Positions 57,801 to 64,000 of a DNA stretch of 64,000 bases are shown piece after piece. Source of the DNA: Candidatus Nomurabacteria bacterium (lineage in GTDB: Bacteria > Patescibacteriota > Minisyncoccia > Phycocordibacterales > UBA918). The notes beneath the pieces were generated by a model. That model worked only from the letters and a program-made list of their open reading frames with translations, had not been told where the DNA came from and ran no database searches. Location of the stretch: the NCBI GenBank assembly GCA_023898585.1, contig CP060229.1:526763-590762 (forward strand), given 5' to 3'. The translations under genes were made by a program, and so were the position numbers. How positions within the stretch are numbered: position 1 is the stretch's first letter; each line of letters begins with the position of its first letter.

Positions 57801-60800
57801 AACATTGGTAAACGAAGACAATGCCCTCCTTTCCGGCAACCGCATCTACGACACCGCCGGTACCGGCTATGCCATCGATATCGACGCTGCTTCAGCTGGC
57901 GTGGTGCTCACCGACAACGTCTACTCCGGCACCGGGGCTACCGCCATCCGCGACTTAAGCTCCAACACTGAGTACACCCAGCACAACCGTATCACAGTCA
58001 ATGCCACCGACTCTGACTTTGCTTCTGGCGCATACACCGCGCTTAAAATAACCCAATCCGGTACTGGAGACATTGCCAACTTCTTTGATGGCTCCAATGA
58101 GGTGCTTACCATCCTTGATGGGGGTAACGTCGGTATCGGCACCACCACTCCAACCGCTCTCCTCACTGTCGGTAGTAGTACCGCGAGCTACCTCACCGCC
58201 GGTAACCTATACAACAGCGCTCTCGTCTCCGGTGCTCTTGAAGTCGGTGGACTCTCACACTTAGGTGGTGGTCTTATGAGCTATGCTTCGAGTACCTTCC
58301 TCTCTGGTCTTTCCATTGTCGGTAACGCCACTACCACCGGTACTCTCATTGTCCAAGGCACCGGCACCTCTACCTTCGGAGGAGGACTCCAAACCACCGG
58401 CAACCTCGACATCAACGGCACCGCCACCTCCACCTTCGCCAACGGCATCGAACTCGAAGGTGGTTGCTTCCGCGACCAAAGTGGCACTTGTATCACGAGC
58501 GGTACCTACGGTGACACACAGGTGGTAGTAGCAGCGAGCGACTCTGCATCTAACGAAAAAGCCCTAGCTGACTACACCGCTGACGGTACGAACGACCAAG
58601 ATGAAATCCAGTCTGCTATCGACTACGTCTACGCTAACGGTGGGGGAACCGTTCATCTTCTAGCCGGTACTTTCACCGTTGGTACCACTACGTACACTGA
58701 CAGTGCGATTAGACTCGCTACCTCCACCCAACTGATTGGACAGGGAAAGGCGACTGTCATCAAACTAAGAGATAACTTCAACAACAACATTAACATTGTC
58801 CACGCGTACAACGTCCAAGACGTCTACGTTGGACACTTGGCGGTGGATGGAAACAGGGACAATCAAGGATCAGGGTACAATGCTGGTGTATATCTAGAAG
58901 CAGGATCTTCCACTGTTCAGTATACGTATGAGCATGATTTACGAGGTGCCGGTATTGTTGTGCAAGGTTTTGGTGTTGCCGGAGGAGGTAATAACAACAG
59001 AATAATTTCGAACGTGGCTAATTCAAATGATACCGGCATCAGTATTAGTAATAGTGATAATAACATTATTTCTGGCAACACTGCCAGCAATAACGATACG
59101 TATACTACCAGTAGCGGTATTTATTTATCGGTTAGCAAGTACAACACCATATCCAACAATATTACCAATTACAACGGACAGCACGGTATCTATTTGAATG
59201 GAACTGTTTGGTATAACACCATTTCTAATAATGTGGCAGACGGAAATACTTATGATGGTATTAGGTTGAGTTCTATAAAAAATAGTACCATTATCTCAAA
59301 CTCACTCAGTAACAATGGATTAGCTGGAATTGGTTTGTCAGTCGGTGTTAGAAACACGATAACTGGTAATTCTATCTATAACAATGTATATGGCTTATGG
59401 CATAGTAATGGTAGTAATAATTCAATCAGTGCCAATTTTATAGAAGAAAACGATTATGGTATTTACATGAATCCAGGTAACTCTAATACTGTTACTGGTA
59501 ACTATTTATACAGCAACGGTGGCTCGTCAGCCACTAGTAGCATTACCCTCATTTCATCAGACAATAATATATTTGACGGTAACTACATATACGACACCGC
59601 CGGTACAGGTTATGCTATAGATATTGATGCTTCCTCAGATAACAACGTCCTCGCTAACAACGTCTACTCCGGCACCGGGGCAACCGCCATCCGCGACCTA
59701 AGCTCCAACACCAAGTACACGGAGCACAACCGTATCACCGTCAACGCCACCGACTCTGACTTTGCTTCGGGAGCATACACCGCGCTTACCATCACCCAGT
59801 CGGGAACAGGGAATATAGCTCAGTTCTTTGACGGCGGTACCGAAGCTTTTACTATAATGGACGGTGGAAATGTGGGAATCGGAGCTACCTCAACCAGCGA
59901 CAAACTAACCATCGCCGGCAACACCAACGTCTCCAGCTACACCAACCTCCCCGGTTACTTCATCAACTCCATGCCGGCTGTTACCGGTTCGACTACTTTA
60001 AACAACTTCTTCTTTGCGGGGGCGACTTCCAGTAGTTTCTACCTCGGAAGCCATAACTACGCGATGGGAAATGGCGCTCTTACCAACCTCGGTCAAGGAA
60101 GCTACAACTTCGCAGTTGGTGGAAACGCTCTTGCTGGTTCGAGTACGGCTGGTATGCACGGTTCCAGTAACATCGCCCTTGGCTATAGCACTCTTTTTAG
60201 TAACGTCTGGGGCGAACACAACAACGCTCTTGGTAACGAAGCATTGTATAGCAACACAAACGGTGGAGGTAATAATGCTCTCGGTTACCAAGCTCTTCGC
60301 TACAGTACAACCGGTGGAGCTAACAATGCTCTCGGTTATCAAGCACTCTTCAGTAACGTAACTGGTCACCGTAACAACGCTCTTGGTTACCAAACTCTCT
60401 TCTATAACACCACCGGAGCAGACAATAACGCCATTGGTGACAGCGCACTGTTTGTCAATAGTATAGGATCACGTAACAACGCCATTGGGTACAACACCAT
60501 CTTTAACAATACCGTTGGTTCAGACAATAACGCAATCGGACATAATGCTTTGTATAGCAATACTACCGGATCACGTAACAACGCCCTCGGTTACCACACT
60601 CTATACAGCAACAACGGCACCGGCACTATCGCCATCGGCTACCAAACCGCCGACAACGCCCTCTCCGTCGATCGCAGTATCTTCATCGGCTACAACATCG
60701 ACGCCTTCAGTACCACCGCCGACGATCAGCTCAACATCGGTAACTTAATCTTCGGTAACAACGTCAACGGTACTGGTCAAACCATCAGCTCCGGTAACAT

Positions 60801-62673
60801 CGGTATCGCCACTACTTCATCTACTGCTCGCTTAACAGTCCAGTCTACCGGCACCTCCGATATCCTCAATCTCTTTGAAACGGGAGGCAGTGAAGTGTTC
60901 ACGGTGTTGGAGAGTGGTAATGTTGGGATTGGTACTTCTTCGCCCTACGCCAAACTTTCCGTATTGGAGACAGGGGGTGGATCAAAATCGTTATTCGTAA
61001 TTGCTAGCTCAACCGGTGGTACGCCAAGTGGAGTCTTTGCGGTCGATGCTTACGGAAGGGTTGGTATTGGCAGTACCTCCCCCAAAGCCTCGCTTTTTAT
61101 CGCTGACACTGTCGGTAACAATGGCGTTTCAATTGCTGAAACTGAATACCCTGATTGGATGGGAGACGGAGGTATATTTATGAAAGGGGCAGTTTTTGCC
61201 AAAGGTGGTTATATTGCGGAGAACAGCGACACTTTCCGCTGGGGAGACTCTTCAACCAGGATAGGCGGTGTTGGAAGTTCCGGTACAGGATACTTTACGT
61301 TTGACACGGAGTCTACGGAGCGCATGCGCCTTACCGGCAGTGGCTACCTCGGCATCGGCACCACCACCCCCAACTCAAAACTCACCGTCAACGGTACCAC
61401 CACCATCGGAATGTATGGTGCAACCAGTACTCAAGCCGGGCTTCAAATTGGCTTCGGCGGAATCTGTGTCGACAATGACGGCTCCTGCGTTGCTTCCACT
61501 ACCGGCCGAATCTCAGCCGTTAACTTCCATACCGGCAACTCCGACCTAGCGGAAATGTACTTCAGTGATGTCGAATTACTGCCTGGAGAGCTGGTTTCTT
61601 TAATCAGCGGGTTCTCGGTAGATAGAGCAAGTAAGAAAGACTCTGCCCCTGTGCTTGGTGTAGTTTCCACCAAACCAGGATTGCTTCTTGGTCACGATGA
61701 TACTTCGCTAAACGAAGGGGAAACCGGTTACCCAATAGCACTATCCGGACGTGTGCCAGTTAAGATTTCTACCGAAAACGGAGTAATCAAACGAGGCGAC
61801 CAGCTCATGCTCTCGTCTCTCCCTGGAATTGCTATGAAAGCAACCGGCACCGGTATGGTAGTCGGTATAGCACTCGAAGACTTCAATGAAGGTAGAAAGT
61901 ATTCAGACGGCTACATCAATCAAGTTAATGATGATCTTGGCACTACCACTCCGGAAGAAGTGGAAGAGATTGCAAGAAAGATGATCAAAGAACGAACTGA
62001 TACTGAATACCTTGATAACGGCACTACAGTTAGAGTGGGACAAGTGGTAATGTTTGTTAACAGTTCTTATCGGTGGTTGGATGATCGGGAATTGGCCGGA
62101 CTGCAGACACTAATGAGCACGTCAAATATTACCGTCTTTGGTAAAAACGAAAACGAAACTCTATTTGATCGCTTAGTTATGCTGGCCAATCGGTTTGTCG
62201 ATGGGATACTTTCAGTCTTTGAACTCAGGGCCAACCGAGTAGAAGTAGCCGATGAACTTTGTGTTGATGATGTGTGTGTGACTGCCGATGATCTGCGAGC
62301 GTTACTACAAGACGACGAACGTCTGTCTGGTGGTAACAATAATACTGCTGTGCCAGATACTGACGATAACGGTGGTGCGACTCCGGATGTCGATACGGAT
62401 GGTGACTACACGTCTACAGTTAAGGACGAACAACAACCAGAAGAAGATAATATAGATGTGCCGATTGAATCAGTTTCTGATGATGCGGTAGCGGGGAATA
62501 GTACCGATGGAGATTTAGGTTCCGAATCAACCCTTTCAACTGAACAGACGACAGAGACAGAAGAGGAAAGTACCGTCTCTGAATCGGAGTCAGAATCTGA
62601 AACTGTGGCAAATGAAGAGACTTCTATCGAAGAAGCAGCGCCGGGAGTAACAACAGAAGAACCAACGACATGA
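54859..62673 (+). CDS. Giant (2,604 aa) secreted mosaic surface protein related to tail-fibre/tailspike proteins. It has a signal peptide, five or more GNVGIGTxxP tail-fibre motifs, two 17-residue NNAxG repeat tracts, two pectate-lyase-3-type right-handed beta-helix domains, a C-terminal tail-fibre-like domain and an acidic tail.
   Basis: Signal peptide MSMIFSKQKIGVVFALILSSSFSLLVFQSSTAHA. Two copies of DGTNDQDEIQSAIDYVYANGGGTVHLLAGTFTV, resembling the Pectate_lyase_3/tailspike N-cap. Each is followed by PbH1-type repeats (e.g. NNIISGNTASNNDTY...YNTISNNITNYNGQHGIYLNG). Repeat tracts (NNALGYQALxSNTTGxx)n of YadA-head/Hep_Hag style. Repeated motif FTVLESGNVGIGTSSPYAKL. The single ORF is uninterrupted over 7.8 kb. 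Confidence 0.8.
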   Translation: MSMIFSKQKIGVVFALILSSSFSLLVFQSSTAHAEPTPTINYQGKLTDTNGLAVPDGTYNMRFWLLQSEAQATTSALWTESLTGSNKVQVTDGLFSIMLGSTSALTSVDFNQTLYLGVEIGGSTTPAWDGEMSPRKPLGTVPASFESYKLGGVASSSFLRSDQADTISASTASTLLTIIQNGVGDILNIFDGATEVFTILDGGNVGIGSSSPNSKLTIAGNTNIDSYTNLPGYFINSMPAVTGSTTLNNFFFAGASSTSYYFGGYNYAIGDGALTNLNWGSNNIAIGQNAMKASGTAATNFSNNNALGKDALFSITSGSNNNALGEGTLSTNTTGGGNNAFGYQALTSNVSGGGNNALGGWALRFNTTGMNNNAIGPNAMQANTSGSYNNVLGTDALYTNTTGSYNNAFGYNAMYSNTVGSHNNAIGEAALGYNTTGLRNNAFGYSALLNNNGTGTIAIGYQTADNATGVDRGIFIGYDIDAFSTTQDDVLNIGNLIFGNSVNGTGQNISTGNIGIATTSSTARLTVQSTGTSDILNLFETGGSEVFTVLESGNVGIGTSSPYAKLGVAGNLVATGVINTQTNSANTFAGHLDINGTATSTFANGIELEGGCFRDQSGTCISAQGDTQIVVAANDTDVNLKAYADYVADGTNDQDEIQSAIDYVYANGGGTVHLLAGTFTVGTTTYTDSAIRLATSTQLIGQGDATVIKLRNSFNANISIVHAKNVQDVYVGHLAVDGNKANQSGGTDYGVNLQNTGSSTVENTYVHSLFYYGINVQGNNNNVVSNTVHNNQLRGIQLTGSYNTASHNMISDNGSWGIFVDGSMSNVTNNIIKNNPTGIRVNASSNTISGNQISQSTTYGIDLSSSASYNIINSNDIIVNAGIGIYLNLVTGYNTISGNNVYFNGYGIYLNTSANNTVTANNFSENSYGIYGTCFACVLNANTLTGNDTAIYLVNGGLISSNSITNNQLIDNGGTGATSSITLVNEDNALLSGNRIYDTAGTGYAIDIDAASAGVVLTDNVYSGTGATAIRDLSSNTEYTQHNRITVNATDSDFASGAYTALKITQSGTGDIANFFDGSNEVLTILDGGNVGIGTTTPTALLTVGSSTASYLTAGNLYNSALVSGALEVGGLSHLGGGLMSYASSTFLSGLSIVGNATTTGTLIVQGTGTSTFGGGLQTTGNLDINGTATSTFANGIELEGGCFRDQSGTCITSGTYGDTQVVVAASDSASNEKALADYTADGTNDQDEIQSAIDYVYANGGGTVHLLAGTFTVGTTTYTDSAIRLATSTQLIGQGKATVIKLRDNFNNNINIVHAYNVQDVYVGHLAVDGNRDNQGSGYNAGVYLEAGSSTVQYTYEHDLRGAGIVVQGFGVAGGGNNNRIISNVANSNDTGISISNSDNNIISGNTASNNDTYTTSSGIYLSVSKYNTISNNITNYNGQHGIYLNGTVWYNTISNNVADGNTYDGIRLSSIKNSTIISNSLSNNGLAGIGLSVGVRNTITGNSIYNNVYGLWHSNGSNNSISANFIEENDYGIYMNPGNSNTVTGNYLYSNGGSSATSSITLISSDNNIFDGNYIYDTAGTGYAIDIDASSDNNVLANNVYSGTGATAIRDLSSNTKYTEHNRITVNATDSDFASGAYTALTITQSGTGNIAQFFDGGTEAFTIMDGGNVGIGATSTSDKLTIAGNTNVSSYTNLPGYFINSMPAVTGSTTLNNFFFAGATSSSFYLGSHNYAMGNGALTNLGQGSYNFAVGGNALAGSSTAGMHGSSNIALGYSTLFSNVWGEHNNALGNEALYSNTNGGGNNALGYQALRYSTTGGANNALGYQALFSNVTGHRNNALGYQTLFYNTTGADNNAIGDSALFVNSIGSRNNAIGYNTIFNNTVGSDNNAIGHNALYSNTTGSRNNALGYHTLYSNNGTGTIAIGYQTADNALSVDRSIFIGYNIDAFSTTADDQLNIGNLIFGNNVNGTGQTISSGNIGIATTSSTARLTVQSTGTSDILNLFETGGSEVFTVLESGNVGIGTSSPYAKLSVLETGGGSKSLFVIASSTGGTPSGVFAVDAYGRVGIGSTSPKASLFIADTVGNNGVSIAETEYPDWMGDGGIFMKGAVFAKGGYIAENSDTFRWGDSSTRIGGVGSSGTGYFTFDTESTERMRLTGSGYLGIGTTTPNSKLTVNGTTTIGMYGATSTQAGLQIGFGGICVDNDGSCVASTTGRISAVNFHTGNSDLAEMYFSDVELLPGELVSLISGFSVDRASKKDSAPVLGVVSTKPGLLLGHDDTSLNEGETGYPIALSGRVPVKISTENGVIKRGDQLMLSSLPGIAMKATGTGMVVGIALEDFNEGRKYSDGYINQVNDDLGTTTPEEVEEIARKMIKERTDTEYLDNGTTVRVGQVVMFVNSSYRWLDDRELAGLQTLMSTSNITVFGKNENETLFDRLVMLANRFVDGILSVFELRANRVEVADELCVDDVCVTADDLRALLQDDERLSGGNNNTAVPDTDDNGGATPDVDTDGDYTSTVKDEQQPEEDNIDVPIESVSDDAVAGNSTDGDLGSESTLSTEQTTETEEESTVSESESESETVANEETSIEEAAPGVTTEEPTT
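56423..56555 (+). repeat. Intragenic near-identical DNA repeat, copy 1 of the ARLTVQSTGTSDILNLFETGGSEVFTVLESGNVGIGTSSPYAKL module. Copy 2 is at ~60824-60958.
   Basis: About 77 consecutive identical nucleotides (ctgctcgcttaacagtccagtctaccggcacctccgatatcctcaatctctttgaaacgggaggcagtgaagtgttcac) and about 130 nt at >90% identity, read directly. Confidence 0.8.
58585..58690 (+). repeat. Intragenic near-identical DNA repeat (beta-helix N-cap DGTNDQDEIQSAIDYVYANGGGTVHLLAGTFTVGTT), copy 2. Copy 1 is at ~56806-56912. The adjacent DINGTATSTFANGIELEGGCFRDQSGTC repeat is at ~56634-56712 and ~58409-58484.
   Basis: About 106 consecutive identical nucleotides between the two copies. Identity then decays to mostly synonymous differences. 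Confidence 0.8.
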
Positions 62674-63012
62674 CATAAAATATTATGAAACCGTCTCTAA
62701 CAAAACTTAATATTACAAACATGGTTTACCTTGGGTTGAGCCTGTTTGTTTTTGTTGCGTTTTTCTGTCCCTTTACCGTTCCGTCCAGGTTGCACCTTCC
62801 AACACGGTACAGGTAGATGCTCTTCAAGTGCGTGTCTATCATCAAGCTACCGGTGGTGGGCAGGGTGGAGGAGGAGCGATTTAAAATAATGACTGTATGG
62901 TATAAATGGTAATTCTCACTATCCACACCTGTTGGTAACGTATCGAATAAAATGTAGGCAAGTTGCTATACTTAGAGTGTTGTATTAACAAGACACAAAA
63001 ATTCAAATTATC

Positions 63013-63720
63013 ATGATCACAAATTTTGTACACGTAAGTCGCGCCTTTATCTACGCATTCGTAGCCAGCATCACCACTGTCTCGCTATTGCTTGCGGGTT
63101 TCTTCTTGACTGAGCCAGCAATTGGACACAGTCAGGATGACACTGCTGTCTTTACAGTAAGACAACAAATCACCGGAGAGACTTCATTCTTAGTTGATCC
63201 TTCTCCTGTTACAATGTCAGGTACCATCAGTGGTATCACTGGTGGACAAGCTACCGGCACGACAGATTTTGTCGTTATATCCAACAATGGTGCCGGATAT
63301 AGAGTGGATATCAGTTTCACCGATGAGAACGCGGACGGTGAGATGATGGAAGGAGAAACAACTGACGGTGGTGAGATCCGCGACTATGGGGCTGGTCTCA
63401 CTCAACCTTCATATGGCTACACCAGTAGCTCATCCGCCCAGTTTGCCTATACTGTGACCTCCTTAACTTCAACTGACACCGATCCTTCTTTCTTGAACAA
63501 TGGCTCCAACGCTTGTAATTCCGGTTCCACACAGACTGCTAACACCTGTTGGAAAGCACCGGACACAGCGGCCTTCACCATAGTTAATCGGTCGGGACCT
63601 GCTACTACTGGAGCTACCTCAACTCTTACTTTTAATGTGACTGTACCAAACGGTGCGATACCGGTACCAAAGGCGGAATATTATACCGCTACCGCCACCT
63701 TGTCACTTTACGTAAACTAA
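63013..63720 (+). CDS. Secreted/membrane-anchored Thr/Gly-rich hypothetical protein
   Basis: N-terminal hydrophobic segment AFIYAFVASITTVSLLLAGFFL. T/S/G-rich body with two Cys pairs. Lies immediately downstream of the giant gene. Confidence 0.5.
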   Translation: MITNFVHVSRAFIYAFVASITTVSLLLAGFFLTEPAIGHSQDDTAVFTVRQQITGETSFLVDPSPVTMSGTISGITGGQATGTTDFVVISNNGAGYRVDISFTDENADGEMMEGETTDGGEIRDYGAGLTQPSYGYTSSSSAQFAYTVTSLTSTDTDPSFLNNGSNACNSGSTQTANTCWKAPDTAAFTIVNRSGPATTGATSTLTFNVTVPNGAIPVPKAEYYTATATLSLYVN

Positions 63721-63742
63721 GGTAACCTATAGTCATTAAGTT

Positions 63743-64000
63743 ATGACTATCTTGGTTACAGTAAAGAAAGTTGTTGGTGCGTGTCTTGTTTTAATTCTTT
63801 TTACACCTCTCTTCGGAGAGGTGTTTGCGCAACAGCCAGAAGAAGAAGGAGATTTAAGTGATATTAACGCAACTTCATCGGAGGTTGACGCGGAATCGGG
63901 AGCTCCTCTTGCTCCAGCTCTCGATGATGAGTCTTGGTTTAAGACGGAGACAATTTTTGGAGATAAAATAGACGTCGGTGATTTTGTGGTTGGTCCGGGA
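63743..64000 (+). CDS. Secreted hypothetical protein, 5' part. The ORF runs off the window end.
   Basis: ATG at 63743. Signal-like VVGACLVLILFTPLFGEVFA followed by an acidic region. Open to position 64000. Confidence 0.4.
   Translation, partial: MTILVTVKKVVGACLVLILFTPLFGEVFAQQPEEEGDLSDINATSSEVDAESGAPLAPALDDESWFKTETIFGDKIDVGDFVVGPG

Noticed and set aside
55700-60720. Regularly spaced nucleotide repeats in the NNAxG tracts checked as a possible CRISPR-like array
   Set aside because: Period is 51 nt, in frame, inside a protein-coding ORF, with degenerate rather than exact repeats. These are coding tandem repeats.
54981-62611. About 20 short ORFs (60-140 aa) on both strands inside the giant gene (e.g. 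55813..56001-, 56881..57279-, 58283..58528+, 59998..60393-)
   Set aside because: They lie entirely within the 7.8-kb uninterrupted + strand ORF. Their translations are low-complexity products of the GC-rich Gly/Thr/Asn codon repeats.
62695-62830. 45-codon ORF (MKPSLTKLNITNMVYLGLSLFVFVAFFCPFTVPSRLHLPTRYR) in the spacer after the giant gene
   Set aside because: It is short, has no ribosome-binding site and shows no conservation that can be judged. It could be a small membrane peptide, but evidence is insufficient.

Overview
The window is 64 kb, densely coded (about 95% coding), with 55 of 58 genes on the + strand. GC looks roughly mid-40s% by eye; I did not compute it. I saw no rRNA, tRNA or CRISPR array.

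What is here, in order:
(1) 1-5 kb: cell-wall and housekeeping genes (3' end of murD, murC, a compact metK, one hypothetical, rsmI).
(2) 5-9.6 kb: a secreted TIM-barrel glycosidase-like protein, an SDR sugar epimerase, and a membrane protein fusing an L,D-transpeptidase-like domain to a D,D-carboxypeptidase domain. That fusion gene is broken by a one-base indel in a C4 homopolymer.
(3) 9.6-13.3 kb: a type-IV-coupling-protein-like P-loop ATPase with a roughly 300-aa disordered tail, next to a secreted LTD-PKD-LTD surface protein.
(4) about 13.3-45.4 kb: a very large surface-glycan/glycosylation locus. It holds seven GT4 glycosyltransferases and one GT2. It also has four SAM methyltransferases, two FkbM-type methyltransferases, and an ATP-grasp / PIG-L deacetylase / HAD trio. 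Sugar-nucleotide enzymes are a UXS-like dehydratase, a short UDP-sugar dehydrogenase and 4-epimerases, plus two CE4 deacetylases and a YvcK/CofD-like protein. Transport and finishing genes are a Wzx-like flippase (- strand), a hexapeptide acetyltransferase, a bona fide acetyl-CoA synthetase and an O-antigen-ligase(Wzy_C)-TPR protein. A secreted C39-like cysteine peptidase sits inside the locus.
(5) 45.4-53 kb: murB, a 57-aa lysine-rich histone-H1-like ORF that is missing from the ORF track, secA preceded by a duplicated copy of its own start, a DUF360/holin-4-like membrane protein, obg and gatB.
(6) 53-64 kb: the most unusual locus. Two tandem paralogous membrane proteins with N-terminal excisionase-type HTH domains sit directly upstream of a 2,604-aa secreted mosaic protein. 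That protein is built from phage tail-fibre/tailspike-like modules: two pectate-lyase-type beta-helix domains, two tracts of 17-residue NNAxG repeats, and five or more copies of a GNVGIGTxxP tail-fibre motif. It carries long near-identical nucleotide-level internal repeats and ends in an acidic tail. Thr/Gly-rich secreted proteins follow it.

The gene content (compact enzymes, many GT4s, LTD proteins, a giant surface protein) fits a small-genome bacterium such as a CPR/Patescibacteria member. That lineage call is inference only.
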